A DNA stretch of 56,877 nt from Candidatus Enterousia avicola (GTDB taxonomy: Bacteria; Pseudomonadota; Alphaproteobacteria; Rs-D84): positions 1 to 56,877 of the forward strand of contig DVNO01000012.1 of assembly GCA_018714345.1 (NCBI GenBank), written 5' to 3'. Below, in pieces: positions 38,619-47,669 of this stretch. The translations under genes and the position numbers were made by a program. Below the pieces are notes generated by a model. The model saw nothing but the letters and a program-made list of their open reading frames with translations. It was not told the origin of the DNA and did no database searches. The stretch's first letter is position 1. Every line of letters starts with the position of its first letter.

Positions 38619-40051
38619 TGAAGAAAAAATTAATTGCCATTGCCATAAAATTTACCATGGGCTTAATTGCCCTAGGTATAGGTATATGGTATTTGTCATC
38701 TTCTATTGGTGGGGCCGCCATAACATACACCAGTATGGATAATTTTATGACGGCAATCGGTGTCAAAGACGGGGATATCGCATCTGCAAATGGTTGTTTT
38801 TTGTGCGGCTACATACAAGAGCTGTTTGCAGTAATAGGCCGTGCCGCTGAAATGTTCTGGACTGCGATGGTGGACAACATCTGGATACTGATGGCATTAG
38901 GTTTCGGGTTGTTCTTGGTTATATATACGGGCAAATACATTTATGACGCAGCAAAAAAAACAGCCACTCTTGACGAGTCAGAAAAGAAAATCGAACTAAA
39001 AGGCTGGTTTGATAAAGTATGGCGACAAGGCGCCAGAGTTTTAATTGTTGGGGCTATGATGGGCGCTCTTGGCATGGGTGGCACCGCTGCTTTACGAACC
39101 GTAGCAAACATAACGATAACTCCTGTGATGTTCGTTGGCGCCGAGTTATCCATGGCGGCAACAGGTGTATCGGATGCCGCACAATGCAATGCACTTAATC
39201 CAAATGCAGAAACAGACGATGTTCTGAACCCTGTACTTGGACCCTTTATGTGCGTCATTGGAAACATAAATAGCGTTATGCTGGCTGGCGCAGCTGGTGG
39301 TTTTTCCCTGATGAATTATTCATGGCTGGACATGGGTGGTGGTGTCTTTACTTGGTTAGCGGGGCTTGCATTAGTATTAATGTTCCTAATAATCGGGTTC
39401 GATTTAGTTTTTCAAATTCTTTCCGTGGTCTTTAAGCTTGTTTTCTTAATAATATTTTTACCGCTAATTTTAGCAGCCGCAGCATTTGAACAGACTTGGT
39501 CTTTGGCAAATGGTGTGGTAAAGAATGCAGTAGATATGCTGATAAAAACCGCTATTCAGGTTGTAAGCATTACTTTAAAAGTCCTTATCACGTACGCTAT
39601 CGTTGCATACGCTGCTGATTCGTATTTCCCGGGACCACGCGATGGGTACAGTGCCATACTGCCACCAATGATGGGACAAACAGTAGAAAATCCAGATGCC
39701 CAAACACTATCCGTAATTAACGTATTTTCTACCTGTGAAAGTGTGGCCACAGCGGACGGAGAAATGGATGCAGACAAATTTAAAAACTGTTTTACTGCGC
39801 AACGCACACAAGTAGAAAATCAATATCCAAACGCCTTTGACTTTATGGATGACGGTTGGGATTTCTTATTAATGATGTTATTCATATTCTTCTTGTACTT
39901 TTATGCAATTAAACCAAAAGTAGACGCTATAATAGTAGGAAGCAGTAAAGAACAATTTGATTTTGGAACTTGGGCCAAAGATTTGGGTAAGAAAATTTGG
40001 TACAGTCCAAGACAAATATTTGAAAACATTTCAAAGGCTATGGATAAATAA
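38618..40051 (+). CDS. polytopic membrane protein, VirB6/TrbL-like paralog 4
   Basis: TAATG coupling; CFLC; TITP; IIFLPLIL.A.AF..T. Confidence 0.62.
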   Translation: MKKKLIAIAIKFTMGLIALGIGIWYLSSSIGGAAITYTSMDNFMTAIGVKDGDIASANGCFLCGYIQELFAVIGRAAEMFWTAMVDNIWILMALGFGLFLVIYTGKYIYDAAKKTATLDESEKKIELKGWFDKVWRQGARVLIVGAMMGALGMGGTAALRTVANITITPVMFVGAELSMAATGVSDAAQCNALNPNAETDDVLNPVLGPFMCVIGNINSVMLAGAAGGFSLMNYSWLDMGGGVFTWLAGLALVLMFLIIGFDLVFQILSVVFKLVFLIIFLPLILAAAAFEQTWSLANGVVKNAVDMLIKTAIQVVSITLKVLITYAIVAYAADSYFPGPRDGYSAILPPMMGQTVENPDAQTLSVINVFSTCESVATADGEMDADKFKNCFTAQRTQVENQYPNAFDFMDDGWDFLLMMLFIFFLYFYAIKPKVDAIIVGSSKEQFDFGTWAKDLGKKIWYSPRQIFENISKAMDK

Positions 40052-41352
40052 TGCGGCACTTAATTAAAAGCTTTTTTACAAAATTAATACCAGCGCTGAT
40101 GGTTTTAGTAATTAGTATGTCTGGTGCTGTAAGTGCACAAAGTAACTTACCATTTACCGAAATTGGTGATAACGGTGCATGGATGACAGAATCTAATATG
40201 GAGCAATTTAATCAGAATATTAGTTCTGACATGATTGAATTTCAGTCTGCATTCCAAGCTAACCAGCTAGTATCAGATTACGTACCGATTGAGGCAAAAA
40301 TTGGTTTTGCCATGATGGGGGCATTATCAATGATTGCAGACATACTAGACTCGTCTTTAGTGCGATTTGCAATCATATTCATGATTCTTGCATATATTTT
40401 CTGGACGATGTTCGAAGCATACAACATGATGACAAAAGGTTCCAGCGCAATGGAACTTGGCGTCAATTTAGTAAAAAAAGCCGCTTTGATAATGATTTGG
40501 TCAATAATTTTGGTTCAAGGACCAGCGCAAGTCTTTATGTGGGTAATGGGACCAATAATAACCATTGCGACATATTTATCGGACCTAATATTAAATGCTG
40601 TGGCAAACTCCGCTGGGGCAGAAATACCAGATACTTGTGCCGCAATCAGAGACTATGCCGCAACACACATGTCTGAGAACATGGTAATTGATGCAAAAGC
40701 TGCCGCAGATATGCTTTGCGTACCAACCAGATTATCAGGATTCTTCTCTACGGCAATTGCTGCTGGATGGAAGTGGATGATTGCAGGTATTGGAACTAGC
40801 GCTTTTACAACTCTTGTTGGTGCAGTTTTTATAGTCGTGTTCATTTATAACGCATTCAAGTTCGCGCTTATGGGGTTGGGGGTCATAATGGATTTGTTCT
40901 TGTCCGTTATCATGTTACCTTTCACAGCTATCTCTGAAACAATTAATAAAACATCTTATAAAGGTATAGCTGGCGATATCTTTAATGGTTTTCTTGGGTT
41001 GTTTAAACCAGAATCTTTATCTAACCAAATAAAACGCTTTATCAATGCAGCTGTTTATTTCGTATCACTTTCCATCGTTGTTGCTGTTTGTGGCGCATTG
41101 TTATCGGGGACAGTAGACGCAAACCTTGCAGCAGAAGTCCCAACTTTGGACAATGTCGGTTTCATTTTGACTCTTTTGACAGGGCTTCTTGTTGCCTATC
41201 TTGCCGATAAAGCCGAGAAAATCGCAAAAGATATTGGTGGCGAAATAAACTATGACTTTGGCAAAAAATTCGGTGAAGATGTAAAAACACTATCAAAGAA
41301 GATATATGGTAAAGGTAAAGAAATATACAAACTTTTAAAAGAGGACGAATAA
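40051..41352 (+). CDS. polytopic membrane protein, VirB6/TrbL-like paralog 5
   Basis: TAATG coupling; signal-like N-terminus; loop Cys pair; VIMLPF. Confidence 0.6.
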   Translation: MRHLIKSFFTKLIPALMVLVISMSGAVSAQSNLPFTEIGDNGAWMTESNMEQFNQNISSDMIEFQSAFQANQLVSDYVPIEAKIGFAMMGALSMIADILDSSLVRFAIIFMILAYIFWTMFEAYNMMTKGSSAMELGVNLVKKAALIMIWSIILVQGPAQVFMWVMGPIITIATYLSDLILNAVANSAGAEIPDTCAAIRDYAATHMSENMVIDAKAAADMLCVPTRLSGFFSTAIAAGWKWMIAGIGTSAFTTLVGAVFIVVFIYNAFKFALMGLGVIMDLFLSVIMLPFTAISETINKTSYKGIAGDIFNGFLGLFKPESLSNQIKRFINAAVYFVSLSIVVAVCGALLSGTVDANLAAEVPTLDNVGFILTLLTGLLVAYLADKAEKIAKDIGGEINYDFGKKFGEDVKTLSKKIYGKGKEIYKLLKEDE

Positions 41353-41355
41353 CCA

Positions 41356-43446
41356 CTAGTCCACAAATGCAAGAAATTGCCGTGCCACTTTCTTTATGCC
41401 GCGCGTACGAAAAGCAACAGTTAAAATATCTTCGTTTTCTTCTATTACGACACCGCGCCCCATTTCATCGTGCTCTACAAGTCTGCCAACGCTGGATGTC
41501 TTTTGAATTGGTTTGTTTCGCATTCTTGGCTTTGATTCATAACTTGAAGAATACTGATATGAGCGTGGTTTTCCACCTTGAAAATCCAGAAATTTATTAT
41601 CCATTTCCGTAATAAATCGACTAGGTGAATTATATTGACGACTACCAAATACCATACGAGACATCGCATTTATTATTATCGCACGTTTACGAGCCCTGGT
41701 AATTGCAACATATGCCAAGCGGCGTTCTTCTTCCAAACCACCTGATTGTACAGCCATATCATTTGGGAAAATACCCTCTTCCCAGGCAGGTAAAAATACC
41801 GTATCAAACTCTAGCCCCTTTGCCGCATGAATAGTCATAATGCTGACCGCATCATTCGTAGGTGTCGCATCATCCGAATCATTATCATCTGTCATCATCA
41901 AAGCAGCATGTTCCAGAAACTCTTGCAACGAATCATATTTAGAAATTACATTCGTTATTAACTCCCTGATATTGTCCAGCCTGTCAGATGCATCCACGTC
42001 TTTTGAATCGCGCCACATCTGTATATAACCAACATTATCTAATAACTTCTGTGCTGCATCAGCAGGGCGAATGTCCGTCCAATCAAAATTGAAAGCTGCC
42101 AAAAATTCGTCTGCAATTGCTCTTTGCTTGCCAGACAATTGAACTTTGCGTAAACCATCCATTAAATTTTCACCAGCCATACGTATCTTTGCAATAGCGG
42201 ACGGTCCGAAACCACGACGCGGTTTGCCTATTACACGTAAAAAAGATATATCATCAAACGGGTAAACTAATAAGCGTATGTATGCAATAGCATCCCTTAT
42301 TTCTGCCCTATCATAGAACTTTGTTGCACCGACTAATCTGTACGGGATTCCCCGCGCAGTAAACTCTTCTTCAAAAAGACGCGATAAACTTCCTGCACGA
42401 ATTAACACCGCATAGTTTGAATAAAACTCACCATCACCCTTGCGCAAAATAGTATCTGCAACTAAATGTGCTTCATCAAAATCGCTGGGGACTGTTAAAA
42501 CATAAACAGGCTCACCGCTACCTGCATTAGGCTCTGCACGTAATTCTTTACCAAGCCTGCCGTTATTATGACGTATTAAAGAATTTGCCGCCCCAAGAAT
42601 GTTTGATGTGCTGCGATAATTTGTTTCAAGACGAATTATCTTTGCGTTTGGGAAACTTTTTTCAAAATTTAAAATATTCTTTATCTCTGCCCCACGCCAT
42701 GAATATATAGACTGGTCATCATCACCAACACAACAGATATTCGGATTTTCTTTACCACTAGTAAGCAACTCTAAAAATTGCATTTGGGCCGAATTTGTAT
42801 CTTGAAACTCGTCCACCATAATATATTTAAATTGATTCTGATAACGGTTTAATACTTCTGGCATAGAATTAAATAACTCTAAAACCTTTAATATAATATC
42901 CCCAAAGTCAACCGCACCAAGTCTTGTTAACTCTGCATTATATGCGTCTAATATTTTTTTCGCTGTCGCAGACGTATGTTCGGCAGAATGCAAGCCTTTG
43001 TCTTTTATCGAAGAAATACGTTCGACCCAATCAGACGGATTAAAATCTTTTATATCCAAGCCCATATCCGTCAGAACGTGCTTTAAAACTGTTTTTTGTT
43101 CGTCTTCCCCATATATCAGAAAATCTTTACGCAAGCCCAGCGCACTAGAATTTGCCCTTAAAATTCTAAGGCATATAGAATGAAACGTGCCGCACCACAC
43201 ATCAGCCGCGTACCAAGAATTTCCATCTGCAAATGAAGCCAATCTATTTTTCATTTCATTTGCTGCTTTATTAGTAAAGGTCAACGCCAAAACCTGCCAC
43301 GGAAATGCCAAGGCATTATTTAAAATATAAGCAATTCTCGTAGTAAGAACACGAGTTTTCCCAGTACCCGCCCCAGACAACACTAACAGCGGCCCTTCTG
43401 TAGTTTTAACGGCTAATTTTTGTTCATCATTAAGATTTTCTAGCAT
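41356..43446 (-). CDS. uvrD: UvrD/PcrA SF1 DNA helicase
   Basis: GAGTGKT, TFTNKAA, VDEFQD, GDDDQSIY.WRGA, NYRS, TIHAAKGLEF and EERRLAYVAITRA motifs. Confidence 0.96.
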   Translation of the reverse strand: MLENLNDEQKLAVKTTEGPLLVLSGAGTGKTRVLTTRIAYILNNALAFPWQVLALTFTNKAANEMKNRLASFADGNSWYAADVWCGTFHSICLRILRANSSALGLRKDFLIYGEDEQKTVLKHVLTDMGLDIKDFNPSDWVERISSIKDKGLHSAEHTSATAKKILDAYNAELTRLGAVDFGDIILKVLELFNSMPEVLNRYQNQFKYIMVDEFQDTNSAQMQFLELLTSGKENPNICCVGDDDQSIYSWRGAEIKNILNFEKSFPNAKIIRLETNYRSTSNILGAANSLIRHNNGRLGKELRAEPNAGSGEPVYVLTVPSDFDEAHLVADTILRKGDGEFYSNYAVLIRAGSLSRLFEEEFTARGIPYRLVGATKFYDRAEIRDAIAYIRLLVYPFDDISFLRVIGKPRRGFGPSAIAKIRMAGENLMDGLRKVQLSGKQRAIADEFLAAFNFDWTDIRPADAAQKLLDNVGYIQMWRDSKDVDASDRLDNIRELITNVISKYDSLQEFLEHAALMMTDDNDSDDATPTNDAVSIMTIHAAKGLEFDTVFLPAWEEGIFPNDMAVQSGGLEEERRLAYVAITRARKRAIIINAMSRMVFGSRQYNSPSRFITEMDNKFLDFQGGKPRSYQYSSSYESKPRMRNKPIQKTSSVGRLVEHDEMGRGVVIEENEDILTVAFRTRGIKKVARQFLAFVD

Positions 43447-43524
43447 TAAAGTCACCGAGCTATTATAATACACAAAACTTACTTATCAAAAACATATTTA
43501 TATTTTTATTTGGGATGGAGAAAA

Positions 43525-44202
43525 ATGGGGCGCGTTATCTGTTTTGATATTGAAACTACGGGGTTAGAATATATGCGTGGCGACCGCTGCATAGAAATCG
43601 GTGCGGTTGAAATGATAGACGGGAAAATAACAGATAACACATTTCATGAATATATAAATCCAGATGGGAAAATAATACCACCTGACTCATACATGGTTCA
43701 TAAAATCTCCAATGCTTTTTTGGAAGACAAACCAAAGATGGCAGTAGTTGCGCCAAAGTTTTTGGAATTCATCGGGGACAGCCCTATTGTTGCACATAAT
43801 GGTCTGGATTTTGACTTTCCGTTTATAAATCATGAATTACAGATGATAGGTTTGCCACAAATTCCACGTGCACAACAACTTGATTCTATAGTCATAGCAA
43901 GGAATAGGGTTTTTGGCCCCAAAAGCTATTCGTTGGACGCATTAGCAAAATGGTATGGCATATCATTAACTGCACGTGCAGATGCGCATGGTGCGTTGAT
44001 TGACGCTGAAATTTTAGCAAAGGTTTATAAAGAACTTGAAAACACGGCCCCTGCACCGGACGTATCAGATGTGATTGCAAAACAGCACGAGGCTTTTTTA
44101 GCCACCCCTAAAATAGGTTCAAATTTTCCGTATAGGAAATTTTCTGCACACGAAGATGAATTAGCTGCCCATAAAGCATTTATAGAAAAAATAACCGCTT
44201 AA
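43525..44202 (+). CDS. dnaQ: DNA polymerase III epsilon subunit
   Basis: DEDDh motifs FDIETTG, AHN..FD..FI and HGALIDA; GGAG RBS before the ATG at 43525. Confidence 0.93.
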   Translation: MGRVICFDIETTGLEYMRGDRCIEIGAVEMIDGKITDNTFHEYINPDGKIIPPDSYMVHKISNAFLEDKPKMAVVAPKFLEFIGDSPIVAHNGLDFDFPFINHELQMIGLPQIPRAQQLDSIVIARNRVFGPKSYSLDALAKWYGISLTARADAHGALIDAEILAKVYKELENTAPAPDVSDVIAKQHEAFLATPKIGSNFPYRKFSAHEDELAAHKAFIEKITA

Positions 44203-44221
44203 AAAAGCTTATAACGGCATT

Positions 44222-46792
44222 TTAGTTTCGGCAGGCATTCACACCATTAATATAAGTTCCGTTCGAACAAATACAAGTTTTACCCTTAGCATCATACGTC
44301 GCATCCTCTGGGCAAGGGTCACACGTAAAACCGGCTATAGAACCGGGTGTCCTGCTCAGAACCTTAACAAAACCATCGTCACAAACACATTCACCGGCAC
44401 TTGCGTCAAAATGTGCATGAGCCTGACAAGAAACAGCAACACATTTCCCTTCTGTTAATTTATAGCCTGAATCACACTCACACACACCAGAGCTATTAAC
44501 AGAAGCGTTGTCAGGACAACTTATCGCGACACATTGTGTTCCGGACACCTTATAACCCGACAGACACTTGCAACGTTCGTTAACATAACCATCTGTACCA
44601 GCAACCCCTGGGTCCTCCTGATATGTTGAATTATCCGGGCATAACAATGATTGATAGAACATTTCTGATATGCTATCTATGCAAACATCCTCAGTGGTGC
44701 AGCTTGTTGTATCTTTATCAAAGACCGCATACGCACAAGTCAATGCGACATTACGGCATGCGCCACGCATTACGTTATAAATACCATTTATGCTGGCGCT
44801 GCTTGACCACGCATTAACCTGCGTTACCTGCTGGTTATAACATGTTGCTATATCTAACATACAATTAGATGCATAATCAGATATTATCTGCTGTTGCTGC
44901 GCTTTTATATTTACCATCGCACGCTGTATATAATTCGTTACTACATCATTATAAGGTTGATAATTCCCATTATCATCATAGGTATATGCCTGACATTTAT
45001 CAAGAACCGCGCGACATAAACCTTCGTCAGTAACCTCTTGTTTTGTTCCTATCTTTTTCAACAAATAGCTAACTACACATGCACCGTTATTACCTGTAGC
45101 GTCGTCATCACCCTGCTTTATAGCAGCCGAACAACTGTCTTCGTTTATAGACATAGTATACGAATTCTTTAAGAAATCACTTGTTATGTTGGCATTATTA
45201 TAAGACGTCATAAAATCTGTGATTTTCGTTATGTTCTGACCAAGAACAACTTCCCCATTTTCATCAATGTACTTCTTGGTTGGATCCAAGCATTTTGTAT
45301 AATCTGCACCACAAACCATCTCGTCCGTCATGCAAGTATCTAAGGCAGCAATGCACCCCTTGGCATCATACTGGTTCTTATTCTGCAGTACTGCCAAACG
45401 TGCTTTTTGTAACATTAAGTTGGCACTACGAACATTGGAAACCAATGTCTCGTTCATTTTTGTCAGCCCCTGTTCATAAGAAATACAATCTTTATCAATC
45501 GCTAAATCGTAATTCGCTGTGATTTGCTCAACATTAGCACCGGCCGCTTCACATTGATTCAATATTGTCTTACAACGAGATTTTGCGGCATTATATAAAT
45601 CTCTACCACGCAAATTCGACATACTGGTAGTACCAGTATTTAGAAAATCTAAACTAAATATGTCGGCAGTATCAGACGAAAAATCTAAATCCATATCCAA
45701 ACCAAATGCCGATGAATTGTATGATGAAGTAGAAGATGCACTGGACGGATCGCGAATAAGCGCCTCTATCTCGTCTAACATATTACGCGTCTCTGACGTA
45801 TCTTTTGCACCAGACAAAGCCTCTTCCGCTTCGGTCTCTGTCATAATGGCACGAATTTCATCTGCTGACAGGCCAACATAACGAATTCGCTGTGCAACCT
45901 CATTCAATTGGTTGTTAGCATCAGTAACAGCTTCTTCAACCCGAGTATAATTATTTAAATTCGCCGAACATGAGCAGCGCTTTTGATTGGAATCAATTAC
46001 CGAACAGAACTGATCCATACAATCATTATACTGCTGCTGACAAGATGTGTTTAAGTCCGCAGTTAAATCCAGACGTTCTTTCGCCTCTGTAATACTTTCA
46101 GTTGTTGGGGTAGTTGTTGCTGAACGTGACTGTACACCACGAACTTCTTCGTCTATGTTAGAACCTGTCTGAACCGTTGTTCCCGCAATAGTCGCACGAC
46201 CACCAACCTCTGCCGTAGATGGCCTTAATGTTAAACCCGCACGCCTTACTGCTGGGTTATTGTTTATACTTGCTGCCTCTACCCTTGCATTACGCCCAAC
46301 CGTATTCACAGTTGCTTCTAAATTATCACGCGCACTATTCGATGACGTTTGCGCAGTACCAGCACGTGATACACCACCAGAAACAGTCGTTGTACTTCCA
46401 CGCGACGTTGCCGTCGATGTGGTTGAAGATTCCCCACCAAGATTTAAAACCCTTGACCCAACACGAACAACATTACTGTCCTGAGTTGCCGTCGCAGCCG
46501 ATGATGCCGTACGATTGACGACATTGCGTGCCTCTGAATCACGTGATGAAGTATCCGTTGTGCTACTTGTCGAAGAAGCTTGTGGAACACTTGTTTGTGC
46601 GGCAGTCGTAGTACGCGATGTCTGTGCACGAGATACTGTGCTAGACGTGCCACGAGAACTGGTCTGTGATGTAGAGCTTGTATTAGACGCCGCCGATGGT
46701 ATAACACGCGATATAGTCGTCGAAGTACCGTCTGCAAAAGCAAACGGCGCACTAAACGCAATTAAGAAAAAGCACAGTGGCAATCTTCTCAT
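44222..46792 (-). CDS. large exported Cys-rich protein with S/T/R-rich N-terminus and EGF-like C-terminal repeats
   Basis: Signal peptide; about 220 aa of low complexity; C...Y..CMD..C...RC.C; CP.....C.C..GY......C repeats. Confidence 0.85.
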   Translation of the reverse strand: MRRLPLCFFLIAFSAPFAFADGTSTTISRVIPSAASNTSSTSQTSSRGTSSTVSRAQTSRTTTAAQTSVPQASSTSSTTDTSSRDSEARNVVNRTASSAATATQDSNVVRVGSRVLNLGGESSTTSTATSRGSTTTVSGGVSRAGTAQTSSNSARDNLEATVNTVGRNARVEAASINNNPAVRRAGLTLRPSTAEVGGRATIAGTTVQTGSNIDEEVRGVQSRSATTTPTTESITEAKERLDLTADLNTSCQQQYNDCMDQFCSVIDSNQKRCSCSANLNNYTRVEEAVTDANNQLNEVAQRIRYVGLSADEIRAIMTETEAEEALSGAKDTSETRNMLDEIEALIRDPSSASSTSSYNSSAFGLDMDLDFSSDTADIFSLDFLNTGTTSMSNLRGRDLYNAAKSRCKTILNQCEAAGANVEQITANYDLAIDKDCISYEQGLTKMNETLVSNVRSANLMLQKARLAVLQNKNQYDAKGCIAALDTCMTDEMVCGADYTKCLDPTKKYIDENGEVVLGQNITKITDFMTSYNNANITSDFLKNSYTMSINEDSCSAAIKQGDDDATGNNGACVVSYLLKKIGTKQEVTDEGLCRAVLDKCQAYTYDDNGNYQPYNDVVTNYIQRAMVNIKAQQQQIISDYASNCMLDIATCYNQQVTQVNAWSSSASINGIYNVMRGACRNVALTCAYAVFDKDTTSCTTEDVCIDSISEMFYQSLLCPDNSTYQEDPGVAGTDGYVNERCKCLSGYKVSGTQCVAISCPDNASVNSSGVCECDSGYKLTEGKCVAVSCQAHAHFDASAGECVCDDGFVKVLSRTPGSIAGFTCDPCPEDATYDAKGKTCICSNGTYINGVNACRN

Positions 46793-46864
46793 ATTATTGT
46801 GTAATTATAACACAACTACACAAAACAAAAAAGACGAAAATAATTATTTCAAAAAATAATACAC

Positions 46865-46891
46865 AAAAAAATCCGCCCCTTTGGGCGGATT
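46865..46891 (-). terminator. terminator after rpmA
   Basis: AATCCGCCC-CTTT-GGGCGGATT with flanking A-tract. Confidence 0.8.
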
Positions 46892-46893
46892 AC

Positions 46894-47160
46894 TTATTTG
46901 TCTTCAGATTCAGGTATAACAGAAACTGTTTTTCTGTCGCCCAGACCTTTCTTGAACTTCACAATGCCTGCGATTTTGGCAAACAATGTGTGGTCTTTAC
47001 CCATACCAACATTCAAACCAGGATGTACAGATGTACCGCGCTGACGAATAATGATATTTCCTGGGATAACACGACTGCCACCAGATTTCTTAACACCCAA
47101 ACGACGTCCCGCTGAGTCGCGTCCGTTGGTCGTTGCTGAACCCGCTTTCTTATGTGCCAT
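46894..47160 (-). CDS. rpmA: 50S ribosomal protein L27
   Basis: MAHKKAGS...NGRDS.GRRLGVK...[19 protein letters not shown]. Confidence 0.98.
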   Translation of the reverse strand: MAHKKAGSATTNGRDSAGRRLGVKKSGGSRVIPGNIIIRQRGTSVHPGLNVGMGKDHTLFAKIAGIVKFKKGLGDRKTVSVIPESEDK

Positions 47161-47206
47161 AATTAAACTCCTTTGGATTTCTGATTTTTATTCCAACCAG
47201 AAATTT

Positions 47207-47506
47207 TTAGCCCTTAATTTCTGTAATTTTCAATACAGTGATGTACTGACGATGACCCTGTGTACGACGGTAGTTCTGACGGCGTTTTTTCTTAAACACC
47301 AAAACTTTGTCTGTACGTTTCTGTTCTACGACCTCGGCAACAACTTTGGCACCATCAACGAACGGTGTACCAACCTTGTCATCCAACATCAATACTTGGT
47401 CAAATTCAACCTTGCCTTCGGCATTCAGTTTTTCAACCTTTACAATATCACCCTGTTTTACGCGATACTGTTTGCCACCGGTTTGAAAGATTGCAATGTT
47501 GCTCAT
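47207..47506 (-). CDS. rplU: 50S ribosomal protein L21
   Basis: [24 protein letters not shown] and FKKKRR..YRR..GHRQ motifs; start MSNIA. Confidence 0.98.
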   Translation of the reverse strand: MSNIAIFQTGGKQYRVKQGDIVKVEKLNAEGKVEFDQVLMLDDKVGTPFVDGAKVVAEVVEQKRTDKVLVFKKKRRQNYRRTQGHRQYITVLKITEIKG

Positions 47507-47629
47507 TTTCTTTCTCTTTGTATGCTGTTCTTGTTCTATTTTGTTCAAAAGTTTCTACAAAAATAACATTTTTAAGCAAAAAGTCAAGCATTTTGCATAA
47601 TTTTTTCTACAAATTGTCATATTTTACAT

Positions 47630-47660
47630 AAAAAAACCGCCCCGAAGGGCGGATGTTTTT
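47630..47660 (-). terminator. intrinsic terminator with UUCG tetraloop
   Basis: CCGCCC-CGAA-GGGCGG with flanking A/T tracts. Confidence 0.8.
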
Positions 47661-47669
47661 AATAAACGG

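Noticed and set aside
44222-44640. EGF-like repeats as eukaryotic contamination or misassembly
   Set aside because: Continuous intron-free ORF with bacterial expression signals, between dnaQ and rpmA
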